A stretch of 64,000 nucleotides of DNA from an uncultured Chloroflexia bacterium (GTDB lineage: Bacteria; Chloroflexota; Limnocylindria; Limnocylindrales; CSP1-4): the NCBI GenBank assembly GCA_963738685.1, contig CAVTXK010000002.1, positions 1,110,653 to 1,174,652 of the forward strand, read 5' to 3'. The notes below the pieces were generated by a model. It ran no database searches and was not told where the DNA came from. It was given only the letters and a program-made list of their open reading frames with translations. Below are positions 39,388 to 48,633 of the stretch, piece by piece (the stretch's first letter is position 1; every line of letters starts with the position of its first letter). A program made the position numbers and the translations under genes.

Positions 39388-40749
39388 ATGGCCGACGTCC
39401 GGCCGCGCCGGGCGCGGGTCCGGCGGGCCCTCCTGATCCTCGCCACCGTGACGCTGACCTCGATCGGCTCGATGGCCCTCGGACCGGTGCTTTCCGCGCA
39501 GCGTCTGACCGAGCCGATCCCGCTCCCGGCACCCTCGCCGAGCCATCCGGCCCGTGTCCTCACCGAGGAGCCCGACGAGATCCGCGCGAGTGCCAAGGAG
39601 CGTCCGCCGCAGCCGGTCATCGCGACGATCGTCATCACGCCCCGCGAACCGGCCGGCCCGAGTGCGACGACGACCATCCGCGCGGCGCTGCAGGCCCGGC
39701 TCGATCAATTGCGCGAGCGTTATGGCATCCCCGGCATCTCCGTCACGATCCTCTTTCCCGACGGCACATCCTGGCTCGGGGTCAGCGGCGTGGCCGACGT
39801 CGCGACCCGGGCACCGATCACACCGGCGACCTCGTTCGCGATCGCGAGCGTCAGCAAGACGTTCACGGCCGCGCTCATCCTCGGTCTGGTCGAGGATGGT
39901 CGCCTCGCGCTCGATGACCCGGTCCGCAAGCATCTGCCGGGCCTGAAGGTCAACGCCAGGATCACCGTCCGGCAACTGCTCGACCACACGAGTGGCCTGC
40001 GTGACTACTTCTTCCATCCGGCGATCGATCGCGAGCTGCTCGCCCACCCGAACCGCCGCTGGGAGGCCGCCGAGGCCATGAAGTACGTCGGGAAGGCGTA
40101 CTTCAAGCCGGGGAGTGGCTGGCACTACTCCAACACCAACTACCTGGTCCTGGGCATGCTGGCCGAGGCCGTCGGCGAGGCGCCGCTGGCCGAACAGATC
40201 CGGACCCGGTTCCTCGAGCCGCTCGGGCTTGGTCACACCTGGTACCAGCCGACCGAATCCTCGACCAGCGACACCGCTCGCGGCTACCGCTTCACGACGG
40301 GCGCGAAGGACGCCAAGGCGATCGACCTGTCGGACGGGACGCCGGTCGTGCCGTTCACCTCGGTCGTGACCGCTGCTGCGGGAGCCGGGGGCCTCGCCTC
40401 GAATTCGAGCGACCTTGCCCGGTGGGCACGCGCGCTGTACGCCGGCGGGGTACTGGCACCCGGATCGGTCCAGGCGATGTTCGATGACATCGCTCGGACG
40501 GAGCGGTACAAGCCGTCCGTGCCGTACGGCCTCGGTGTCCAGATCGTCGACATCGCGGGCGAACGTTCATTCGGCCACTCCGGGCGATTGCTCGGGTTCC
40601 GCTCGGCGGTCCGCTGGCTGCCCGACCAGGGCATCGCGATCGCCGTGCTGACCAACCAGAGCCGGACCGATCCGGCGATCTTCGTGCGGGCGCTGCTGAC
40701 GATCGCCGAGCGTGATGCGATGTGCCGCCTCTGCGTGGAACAACGCTGA
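39388..40749 (+). CDS. Secreted serine hydrolase, beta-lactamase/D,D-peptidase fold
   Basis: SVSK (SxxK), LLDHTSG, YSNTNY, GHSG; N-terminal hydrophobic segment. Confidence 0.92.
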   Translation: MADVRPRRARVRRALLILATVTLTSIGSMALGPVLSAQRLTEPIPLPAPSPSHPARVLTEEPDEIRASAKERPPQPVIATIVITPREPAGPSATTTIRAALQARLDQLRERYGIPGISVTILFPDGTSWLGVSGVADVATRAPITPATSFAIASVSKTFTAALILGLVEDGRLALDDPVRKHLPGLKVNARITVRQLLDHTSGLRDYFFHPAIDRELLAHPNRRWEAAEAMKYVGKAYFKPGSGWHYSNTNYLVLGMLAEAVGEAPLAEQIRTRFLEPLGLGHTWYQPTESSTSDTARGYRFTTGAKDAKAIDLSDGTPVVPFTSVVTAAAGAGGLASNSSDLARWARALYAGGVLAPGSVQAMFDDIARTERYKPSVPYGLGVQIVDIAGERSFGHSGRLLGFRSAVRWLPDQGIAIAVLTNQSRTDPAIFVRALLTIAERDAMCRLCVEQR

Positions 40750-40857
40750 CCCACCGGGATCCGTGCGGAGGACCATCGCCGGGGTCTGCCCGGTACCGAC
40801 GGGTCTTGCGTGTCGTCGCGGCATGGCGGAGCGTGACACGACGCTCGCGAGTGCCGC

Positions 40858-41424
40858 ATGACGATCCAGGTGGATGCCTACACCGTCGGGGGGAAGGCCA
40901 GCGGCTTCGTCGCGCTCTCGGGCCATCTTCGCGACCTGCTCGAGTCGACCGGTGAGCTCGCTCTCCAGCAAGTTCGCTGGCAGCCGCTCGATGCACTCGC
41001 CGGGACACCGGCCGGCGACCTGACCATCGCCATCGATGACGTCCTCATCGCCGTGGCGGACGACGATTCGCCCTTGCCGGTCCACGCCGTGTGGCACGAG
41101 ATCCGTCTGGAGGTCGGCCCCTACATCGTGGAAGGCGACATGCCGACCATGCCCGGCTACGACCCGGGCCGCGCCCTGACCCGACCGTCCGGCGAGTTCG
41201 TGATGCTGCGCGACGTCCGCCTCGGTCGCCCGGGGAGCAGCGAGCCGGTGCGGATCGGGCGGAACGCGCTGATCAACCGCTACGGGGTCGAGCGGGTCGA
41301 GGCCGACATCATGCTCGGCTTCTACTTCCCTGGCGCCGCGATGGAAGCTCCGGAGCCCCCGGAGACCGCGGCCGCGACCAGTCCCACGCCCGTGCTCCAG
41401 CCGCTCACGCCGAGCGGGGGTTAG
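40858..41424 (+). CDS. Hypothetical protein with two small beta-rich repeats (DUF6812-like)
   Basis: 188-aa ORF with plausible composition; two similar halves; family call from memory only. Confidence 0.7.
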   Translation: MTIQVDAYTVGGKASGFVALSGHLRDLLESTGELALQQVRWQPLDALAGTPAGDLTIAIDDVLIAVADDDSPLPVHAVWHEIRLEVGPYIVEGDMPTMPGYDPGRALTRPSGEFVMLRDVRLGRPGSSEPVRIGRNALINRYGVERVEADIMLGFYFPGAAMEAPEPPETAAATSPTPVLQPLTPSGG

Positions 41425-41510
41425 CCCGGGCCGTAGCGGCGACCGTTAGCCGCGACCGGCCGTAGCCGCGACCGTTCGCCGCGATCCCCTAGCCGCGACT
41501 CCTAGCCGCG
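41422..41510. repeat. Irregular TAGCCGCGA-type repeats (about 6 copies) between convergent genes
   Basis: tagcggcgacc, tagccgcgacc x2, tcgccgcgatc, tagccgcgact, tagccgcgcc. Confidence 0.75.
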
Positions 41511-42788
41511 CCCCCCGCGACCACGGCCCGACCGGCCGCTGACGGCTCCCGCCGGTCGCCGGACCGGCTTCCGGTGGGCATGGTGCTCCTGGGAGACGCG
41601 GGCATGACCGCTGCGCATCCCGAGCGGCCGTGGCTCGGCCTCGCGGTCGGGGACGAAGCCCTCTTCGATCGTCCACGGGATCGCCCGCTTGAGCATCCGC
41701 TGGATGCCGCGCAGCAGGTCGACCTCGTCGATGCAGACCAGGCTGATCGCCTCGCCCGTCGACCCTGCCCGGCCGGTTCGGCCGATGCGATGGATGTAGT
41801 CCTGTGGGTTCCACGGCAGCTCGAAGTTCACGACGACCGGCAGGTCCTCGATGTCGAGCCCGCGGGCAGCCACGTCGGTCGCGACAAGGACCCGGATCTC
41901 GCCGGTCTTGAAGCCCTCGAGCGCGCGCGTCCGCTCCGGCTGGGATCGGTCGCTGTGGATGGCCACCGCATCGATGCCCTCGCGATCCAGGCGAGAGGCC
42001 AGCCGCGAGGCGGCGAGCTTCGTGCGGGTGAAGACGAGGACCTGCTTCAGGTCGTAGGTCCGCACGAGGTGCGCGAGCAGGGCTTCCTTGCGATCGCGAT
42101 CGACCGGGTACACGAGCTGCTTGACCATCTCCGCGACCTGGTTGCGCGGCGCGACCTCGACGGTCGCCGGGTCCCGCAGGATCGAGCCGGACAGGCGCCG
42201 GATGTCGTCGGAGAACGTGGCGGAGAACATGAGGTTCTGACGTTTCTTCGGCAGCAGCTCGATGATTCGCGTGATGTCGGGCAGGAAGCCCATGTCGAGC
42301 ATCCGGTCCGCCTCGTCGAGGACGAGGATCTCGACCTGACCGAGATTCGCGACCCGCTGCCCGACGAGGTCCAGCAGGCGGCCCGGCGTCGCGACGAGGA
42401 TCTCGATGCCGCTGCGGAGCGCCTTGATCTGCGGGTCCATCGGCATGCCGCCGTAGACGACCGTGGAGCGCAACGGCACGGTCCGGCCATACGTTCGGAC
42501 GCTCTCGTCGACCTGCATCGCGAGCTCGCGCGTCGGCACGAGGATGAGCGCGCGCACCGGGTGGCGAGCCGGCGAGAACGAGGTGTTGGCGTGTGGTCGC
42601 AGACGGTCGAGGATGGGCAGCGTGAAGGCTGCCGTCTTGCCGGTGCCGGTCTGGGCCGCGGCGAGGACGTCGCGCCCCTCCAGGACGAGCGGGATCGCGG
42701 ACGCCTGGACGGGCGTCGGCTGGGTATAGCCCTCCTCGGCGACGGTCCGGAGGAGATCGGCCGATAGGCCGAGCGTATCAAAGGTCAA
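41502..42788 (-). CDS. rhlE: DEAD-box RNA helicase, RhlE-like
   Basis: Q motif PTPVQ, AQTGTGKT, PTRELA, DEAD, SAT, ARGLD, HRIGRTGR; TTG start after CAGGAG. Confidence 0.95.
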   Translation of the reverse strand: MTFDTLGLSADLLRTVAEEGYTQPTPVQASAIPLVLEGRDVLAAAQTGTGKTAAFTLPILDRLRPHANTSFSPARHPVRALILVPTRELAMQVDESVRTYGRTVPLRSTVVYGGMPMDPQIKALRSGIEILVATPGRLLDLVGQRVANLGQVEILVLDEADRMLDMGFLPDITRIIELLPKKRQNLMFSATFSDDIRRLSGSILRDPATVEVAPRNQVAEMVKQLVYPVDRDRKEALLAHLVRTYDLKQVLVFTRTKLAASRLASRLDREGIDAVAIHSDRSQPERTRALEGFKTGEIRVLVATDVAARGLDIEDLPVVVNFELPWNPQDYIHRIGRTGRAGSTGEAISLVCIDEVDLLRGIQRMLKRAIPWTIEEGFVPDREAEPRPLGMRSGHARVSQEHHAHRKPVRRPAGAVSGRSGRGRGGRG

Positions 42789-43347
42789 GCGTTGCTCCTG
42801 CGTGGACCCGCGCCGTCGCGGGCGGGATCCGCGGGAGTGCGACGGCGGCGCCGTACGGCGCGCATGGTCGCGCAGCCGCACGTGGGCCGCCCCGAGCATA
42901 GCCGAAATCGATACGATCGGGACGCGCGCCACGATCTTCGTATCGGCCGGGCCGCGCGGGTTCCAACTCGAACTCGTCCCGGGCGATCTGGTGCGCCTCG
43001 GCAACGGGAAGACGGCGCCATCGCAAAGGACCGGTCGGCAACGGTACATCTGACGTAGAGACAGGGATCGCGGCAGGCTGGCATACTCGCGCCACAAGCC
43101 CCCAGAGCCCAAGCCCGATAGACAGGCACAACAAAAGAACGCCGCCCCCCACGGCAGGATCCTGTCAATCGTCGGGTGATCCCCGACGGTCGCGGTCCGC
43201 TCCCCCCCGGATCGCATCGCCTTCCATCGCGCTCACCGCGATCGGATGGTCGCCCCGTCCCGAATCTGCGCCTCTTCCCTCCGTGTGGCGGCCCCACCAC
43301 CGTCATCGCGCCCTGCGCGGTGTTCTGGTAGACAGGAGGCAAGAGTC

Positions 43348-44196
43348 TTGCCGGTCCCCACCAACGGCGCCCAGCGGGCGTCCAGCCATCGGTCACTTCG
43401 CCTGACCGGATTCGCCATGATGGCCGCGTTGATCGTCGGCCTCGGTGCGATGGCGACTCCCCAGGCGGCGAGTGCCGCGAGCATCAAGGTCGTCGTGGTC
43501 GTCGGTCCGGTCGGGTCCAAGACCGCGGAATACCGTTCGAGCGGCAAGTTCTATGCCTCGCTCGCGCGCCAGTACGGCGCTTCCGTCACCGAGATCTACA
43601 GCCCGAATGCCACGTGGGCGAGGGTCAAGACGGCGGCCCAGGGCGCGAACCTGCTGATCTATCTCGGCCACGGCAACGGCTACCCGAGCCCGTACGGTTC
43701 GTTCCAGCGCTACACGAAGGACGGGATGGGTCTCAACGCTTCGGCTGGGAACGGCAACTCGAACACCAAGTATTGGGGCGAGTACTACATCGACCGCGAC
43801 ATCCAGATGGCAGCCAATGCGGTCGTGATCCTCAATCGCCTGTGCTACGCCTCCGGCAACTCCGAATGGGGTTCGTCCAACCCGACCAAGGCGACCGCCG
43901 TCAAGCGGATCGATAACTACGGGGCCGGATTCCTGCGTGCCGGCGCCAAGGCGGTCTTCGCCGAAGCCATCACGAGTGCGTCGTACACCATCCGCGCGCT
44001 GTTCAAGACCGACCGGACGATGGACTCGATCCTGATGACCCATCCGAGCGCGAGCGGCGCTCGCGACTTCCGGTTCGCCTCGTCCCGGACGGGTTGGGCA
44101 CGGGCCCACTCGGATCCGCCGAAGGCCGGGAAGTACTGGCGATCGCTCATCGGCAACATCGGACTGACCGCCAAGCAGTGGCGCGCCGGGGCCTGA
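43348..44196 (+). CDS. Secreted basic protein, candidate clan-CD (caspase/gingipain-like) cysteine peptidase
   Basis: Signal peptide ending AASA; LLIYLGHG and VILNRLCYASG motifs; TTG start after AGGAGG. Confidence 0.75.
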   Translation: MPVPTNGAQRASSHRSLRLTGFAMMAALIVGLGAMATPQAASAASIKVVVVVGPVGSKTAEYRSSGKFYASLARQYGASVTEIYSPNATWARVKTAAQGANLLIYLGHGNGYPSPYGSFQRYTKDGMGLNASAGNGNSNTKYWGEYYIDRDIQMAANAVVILNRLCYASGNSEWGSSNPTKATAVKRIDNYGAGFLRAGAKAVFAEAITSASYTIRALFKTDRTMDSILMTHPSASGARDFRFASSRTGWARAHSDPPKAGKYWRSLIGNIGLTAKQWRAGA

Positions 44197-44221
44197 TCGC
44201 TCAGACCCCTCGCCCGCTCGT

Positions 44222-44247
44222 CGAAGCCCGGCAAGAGCCGGGCTTCG
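44222..44247 (+). terminator. Terminator hairpin
   Basis: CGAAGCCCGGC-AAGA-GCCGGGCTTCG, 25 nt after the stop. Confidence 0.75.
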
Positions 44248-44363
44248 TCATGTCCGGGACCAAGAAGGGCCATCGAACTTCCCTGACCACGGGGGTTCCT
44301 TCCTGCCATAGGGCCGAGCTGTCCTCCAACCGAGGGGAAAGCATCACAAAGTAACGACCAGAC

Positions 44364-44394
44364 TTGACAAAAAGAAACGTGTCTTGCTATAAAT
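44364..44394 (+). promoter_or_regulatory. Near-consensus sigma70 promoter, leaderless start of the DUF2089 operon
   Basis: TTGACA-N18-TATAAA with extended TG; ATG 7 nt downstream; AT-rich context. Confidence 0.8.
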
Positions 44395-44400
44395 AGCGCC

Positions 44401-44814
44401 ATGGCACACGATGTTATCGCTACCTGTCCCGTCTGCTCGCAGGAACTCGCGATCACGCGACTGCACTGCGGCAGTTGCGGCACCACCCTGGAGGGTGAGT
44501 TCAGCGTCGGCCGGTTCGGTCGACTCAACCGCGACCAGCTCGCCCTGCTGGAGAGCTTCCTCCGCTCGCGCGGCAACCTCCGCGAGATGGAGCGGGAGTT
44601 GGGCATCAGCTATCCCACGGTCCGTGCCCGGGTGGAGGCGCTCGTCCGCGCCCTCGGGTTCGGATCGCGGACCGACGCCGAGGCGGACGAGGACACGGCT
44701 GTGACGCCGGTCCCCGTGACCCGGGACTCGATCCTGGAGCGACTCGCGCGGCGCGAGATCAGCGCGGAGGACGCCGCCAGCGCGATCCGCGACCTCGGGA
44801 GGGAACGACCATGA
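44401..44814 (+). CDS. DUF2089 family protein (zinc ribbon + HTH)
   Basis: CPVC...CGSC, RSRGNLREMERELGISYPTVRAR, C-terminal SHOCT-like helix. Confidence 0.92.
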   Translation: MAHDVIATCPVCSQELAITRLHCGSCGTTLEGEFSVGRFGRLNRDQLALLESFLRSRGNLREMERELGISYPTVRARVEALVRALGFGSRTDAEADEDTAVTPVPVTRDSILERLARREISAEDAASAIRDLGRERP

Positions 44815-45857
44815 CGACCGATGCGAAGGATCACGTCCTCCAGCACACGATCGGCGCCGACGGCCTGCTGGTCGTGCGCCTTCATGACGGCGAGGCGCGC
44901 ATTCGTGGTACCGATGGCGACACGGCCACCGTCCGCACCATCGATGGCGACCTACTCGACCGCCTCGAGATCGAGACCGGCGACCGCAGCCTGTCGATCC
45001 GGGCTCGCCGCGGCCCCGACTTCCTCGGCCTCTTTCCGCGCGACCCCAGATCGACCGAACTCGAAGTCGACGTCCCGGCCGGCGCGACCGTGGTCATCGA
45101 GGCCGCGAGCGCCGACATCGCGGCTCGGGGCCTCCGCGGGGACCAGCGCTACCGCAGCGCATCGGGCGACTTGCGCCTCGACGACGTGAGCGGCCGCGTG
45201 GCCGGCGACACCGTCTCCGGGGATCTCGTGATCGTCGCCACGGGTTCGGCGGCGGTGACGGCCCGCACGGTGTCGGGCGACCTGAGCCTCCGTGCCGGGA
45301 CCGTGAGCGAGTTGCACGCGACGACGACGTCGGGCGACATGTTCGTCGCGGCTCGGTTCGAGGGAGCTGGTCCGTTCGCGATCGAGACCGTGAGTGGCGA
45401 CCTCGTGCTGGCTCCCGCCGATGACGTCCGCATCGAAGCGAGCACGATCACCGGCGACCTGCGCAGCGATATCGACGTGCGACGCGTCGACGACGGTGGC
45501 CGACGCGCGCTGGTCATGGGGCGGGGCGGACCGACGATCGGATTCCGCTCGACATCGGGCGATCTGCGCCTCGCGCGGTCGGCGCCGTTCGACGCCGAAG
45601 GCGTGACGGTCCCGGCCCCGCCGGCGGCCCCCACCCCGCCGATGCCGCCGATCCCCCCGACAGCGTCCTCCGACGCCCATCCCACGATCGTCGATCGCTC
45701 CGCGACGACATCGCCCGAGGATCCGATCGAGGCAGCTCGCCTCGCGATCCTCCGCGACCTCGAGCGAGGGGCGATCGACGTGGCGGAGGCCGGTCGACGG
45801 CTCGAGACCCTCGAGACCGCGGCCGAGCCGGTCGAAGGCGAGGGACATCGTGCCTGA
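44811..45857 (+). CDS. DUF4097 beta-strand repeat protein (YvlB/LiaX-like)
   Basis: Repeated (T/S)(V/T)SGD units; Pro linker; ILRDLERGAIDVAEA helix. Confidence 0.88.
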   Translation: MTTDAKDHVLQHTIGADGLLVVRLHDGEARIRGTDGDTATVRTIDGDLLDRLEIETGDRSLSIRARRGPDFLGLFPRDPRSTELEVDVPAGATVVIEAASADIAARGLRGDQRYRSASGDLRLDDVSGRVAGDTVSGDLVIVATGSAAVTARTVSGDLSLRAGTVSELHATTTSGDMFVAARFEGAGPFAIETVSGDLVLAPADDVRIEASTITGDLRSDIDVRRVDDGGRRALVMGRGGPTIGFRSTSGDLRLARSAPFDAEGVTVPAPPAAPTPPMPPIPPTASSDAHPTIVDRSATTSPEDPIEAARLAILRDLERGAIDVAEAGRRLETLETAAEPVEGEGHRA

Positions 45858-46233
45858 CGATGCCCTCGAATCCGTCCTCCGACTGGTGGCCGACGGCCAC
45901 CTGACCGCAAAGGAAGCCGGTCCGATCCTCGATGCGCTCGAGGGCACGGCCGGACCGCAGTCCACGACGCATCCCCGCCCGGCCGGCGAGTCCGCCGCTC
46001 CTCCCATTGGCGGCCCCGGCCGGGCCCTCCGCCTCGAGGTCATCGAGGGTGGCCGCAAAGTCGTGAACCTACGGGTCCCGATCGCCCTGGGCCGGGCCGC
46101 GCTGAGTCGCGTCCCCGGTCTGTCCGAGGCGACATCGGATCGGATCCGCGAAGCCATCGAAGCGGGCATCACCGGCCCGATCCTCGCGGTCGACGAGGGG
46201 ACCGGTGACGGTGTCCGCATCGTCATCGAGTAG
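45850..46233 (+). CDS. SHOCT-like domain protein
   Basis: VLRLVADGHLTAKEA, KVVNLRVP, GDGVRIVIE. Confidence 0.82.
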   Translation: MPDDALESVLRLVADGHLTAKEAGPILDALEGTAGPQSTTHPRPAGESAAPPIGGPGRALRLEVIEGGRKVVNLRVPIALGRAALSRVPGLSEATSDRIREAIEAGITGPILAVDEGTGDGVRIVIE

Positions 46234-46245
46234 AGGAGAACCGAC

Positions 46246-46497
46246 ATGACGCCCACCTACCGCGAGCCGGATCGTTCCGCCCAGGACCTCCCTTTCGAGA
46301 TCGCCGAGGATCGGGTCGCCGGCCTGCGGGCCAGCGCTGCCCTCCACGCGAGTTTGGCCCCGCGACCCGGGACACCGGTCGCAACGGGCCCCGGGCCACT
46401 CGATCGTTCCCGGGATGCCCTCGGGCGGCGACTCATCGCGCTCGGCGCAGCCCTCGTCGTCGACGAGGGTCTCAGGCGACGGGCACTCCGCCCTTGA
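46246..46497 (+). CDS. 83-aa hypothetical protein
   Basis: GAGGAG RBS right after the previous stop; RDALGRRLIALGAAL helix; overlaps the convergent gene by 26 nt. Confidence 0.65.
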   Translation: MTPTYREPDRSAQDLPFEIAEDRVAGLRASAALHASLAPRPGTPVATGPGPLDRSRDALGRRLIALGAALVVDEGLRRRALRP

Positions 46498-47695
46498 TCA
46501 CGGCCGTCGGGGCGCACAGGACCTCGACATCCTCCAGCGGGTCGCGTGGCAGGACGACGAGATCCGCGAAGCGACCGGTGGCCAGGGAGCCGAGATCCGC
46601 CTCCCGGCCCATGAGCTCGGCAGCGTTGACGGTCGCCGAGCGGATGGCGTCCAGGGGCGACTGACCCAGGCGAACCTGGTAACCGAACTGGATGGCGTTG
46701 CGCCCGTGCGGGTACACGCCACTGTCGGTGCCGAACGCGATGCGCACCCCGGCCGCGATCGCCCTGGAGAAGCCGTCGCGCTGCGCCTGCGTCGTCGCCT
46801 CGTTCTTCGCCAAGGTCTCGGCCGGCCAACCCGCCCGAGCGCCTTCCTCTGCGATCCAGTCCCCGTCGTAGACATCGGCCACGAGGTACGTCCCGTGCTG
46901 GACGAGGAGGTCGATCCCTTCGTCATCGATCAGCGAGCCGTGCTCGATGGAGCGGACGCCGCCACGGATCGCGACCTTGATGCCCTCGCGCCCGTGGGCA
47001 TGGGCCGCGACGAAGACCCCAAGCCGCGCGGCCTGGTCGACCGCGGCCGCGATCATCGCCTCGTCGAGCTCGACCGTGTCGGGCCGGGTGCCACGCGTCA
47101 GGACCGCGCCCGTCACGAGGATCTTGATGAGATCCGCCCCGCCACCGACGATGGCCCGGATCCGCTCGCGCACCTCGCCCGGGGTTCGTACCACCCCGAA
47201 CCGAAGATCCGCGGGGAGGGTGATGTCGCGGGCAAGCCCGGTCACGTCACCGGCACCGCCCGGCGCGGTCACGTAGGCGCCGGCGCACTGCATCCGGGGT
47301 CCCGGCGTCCAGCCCGCGTCGATCGCGTCGCGCAGGGCCACGTCCACGAAGGCGCGGAACGTGCCGACGTCGCGGACCGCGGTGAAGCCGGCGGCGAGGG
47401 TCGCCCGTGCGTTGCGCACGCCGGTCATGGCCTCCTGCGCGGCGGACGTCGTCGTTGCTGGCACGCCTGCGTACTCCATCTCGCCCACGAGGTGGGTGTG
47501 GCAGTCGATCAGCCCAGGCACGACCCAGCCCGGGCCCAGGTCGACGGGGCGGGCGTCATGCGGGTGCGCGTCATCCGGTCCGAGGATCGCCTCGATCCGA
47601 CCGCCGGGGTCGACGAGGAGCCGCCGGTCGGGGAGCCACGTCCCGGCCTCGATGTCGAGCAGTCGCGCGGCCTGGAGGAGGAGGCGATCGGCCAT
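46472..47695 (-). CDS. Metal-dependent amidohydrolase (prolidase-like)
   Basis: PGLIDCHTH, GADLIK, AAHAHG, IEHG, FGTDSG, GRFADLVV. Confidence 0.94.
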   Translation of the reverse strand: MADRLLLQAARLLDIEAGTWLPDRRLLVDPGGRIEAILGPDDAHPHDARPVDLGPGWVVPGLIDCHTHLVGEMEYAGVPATTTSAAQEAMTGVRNARATLAAGFTAVRDVGTFRAFVDVALRDAIDAGWTPGPRMQCAGAYVTAPGGAGDVTGLARDITLPADLRFGVVRTPGEVRERIRAIVGGGADLIKILVTGAVLTRGTRPDTVELDEAMIAAAVDQAARLGVFVAAHAHGREGIKVAIRGGVRSIEHGSLIDDEGIDLLVQHGTYLVADVYDGDWIAEEGARAGWPAETLAKNEATTQAQRDGFSRAIAAGVRIAFGTDSGVYPHGRNAIQFGYQVRLGQSPLDAIRSATVNAAELMGREADLGSLATGRFADLVVLPRDPLEDVEVLCAPTAVIKGGVPVA

Positions 47696-47727
47696 CGCGG
47701 GAGGGTAGCAGGCGTACCATGGCCGGC

Positions 47728-48297
47728 ATGACCGCCACGACCGACCGACTGCCCTTCACCGGTGACGACGAGGCCGACCGACTCCTCGTCACCTCGCCCC
47801 AGGCGATGCTCATCGGCTTCGCGCTCGACCAGCAGGTGACCGTCCAGAAGGCCTTCAGCGGGCCGCTCGAGCTCAAGCGCCGGCTCGGCCACCTCGATCC
47901 CGCCCGGATCGCCGCGATGGAACCGGCCGAACTCGACGAGGTCTTCCGCCGCCCGCCGGCGCTCCATCGATTCCCGGGGTCGATGGCCGGCAAGGTCCAG
48001 GCGCTGGCCGCGGCGATCGCGACCGACTACGGCGATCAAGCCGAGCGGATCTGGACCGAGGCGACCGACGGCAAGGACCTGCGCCGCCGGCTCCTCGCCC
48101 TGCCGGGTTTCGGCGAGATGAAGGTCGCCGCGATCATGGCGATCCTGCGCAAGCGGCTCGGGCTCGACCTGCCCGGTCTCGACGCGGAGCTGCCGCTCCA
48201 TCCCACCCTCGGCGACGTCGATTCGCCCGAGGCGCTGGCCGCCTATCAGGCCGGCAAGCGGGCACGCAAGGCGGAGCTGCGCGCCGCACGGGGCTGA
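47728..48297 (+). CDS. HhH-GPD-type base-excision repair protein
   Basis: LDQQVTVQKAF, PPALHRFPGSMA, ALPGFGEMK, LGDVDS. Confidence 0.88.
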   Translation: MTATTDRLPFTGDDEADRLLVTSPQAMLIGFALDQQVTVQKAFSGPLELKRRLGHLDPARIAAMEPAELDEVFRRPPALHRFPGSMAGKVQALAAAIATDYGDQAERIWTEATDGKDLRRRLLALPGFGEMKVAAIMAILRKRLGLDLPGLDAELPLHPTLGDVDSPEALAAYQAGKRARKAELRAARG

Positions 48298-48311
48298 GCG
48301 CGTTACACGAA

Positions 48312-48337
48312 ACGACCCCGGCACGGGCCGGGGTCGT
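48312..48337. terminator. Bidirectional terminator hairpin
   Basis: ACGACCCCGGC-ACGG-GCCGGGGTCGT between convergent stops. Confidence 0.78.
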
Positions 48338-48361
48338 CCGTCTGCGCGTGAGGTTCGTGGA

Positions 48362-48517
48362 TCAGGTGCCCGGTACGAGCCACGGACGCCGATCGGCGTC
48401 GTCGACGCCGGGACGGGAGTCCACGCCGGAGCGGAGCGCCAGGACGGCGAGCACCGCGAACGGTCCGATGAAGAGGGCGACCACCGCGAGGGCGGCCACG
48501 ATCTGATCGATCATCAT
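48362..48517 (-). CDS. 51-aa single-TM protein divergent from MocR
   Basis: AAAGGAAGG RBS; hydrophobic helix then GVDSRP. Confidence 0.72.
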   Translation of the reverse strand: MMIDQIVAALAVVALFIGPFAVLAVLALRSGVDSRPGVDDADRRPWLVPGT

Positions 48518-48546
48518 CTGTCTGCGCCCTTCCTTTCCGTGTTGAC

Positions 48547-48633
48547 ATTGGACTGATGTGGCCTCATATTGACCGGCATGGTCGACCAGTCCAATAGCCA
48601 ATCGGTCACGAATGGACTGAAAAGGCAGTCAAT
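48547..48633. promoter_or_regulatory. Putative MocR operator array
   Basis: ATTGGACTG (48547) / CAGTCCAAT (48587) perfect inverted pair; AATGGACTG (48611) / CAGTCAAT (48626). Confidence 0.75.
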
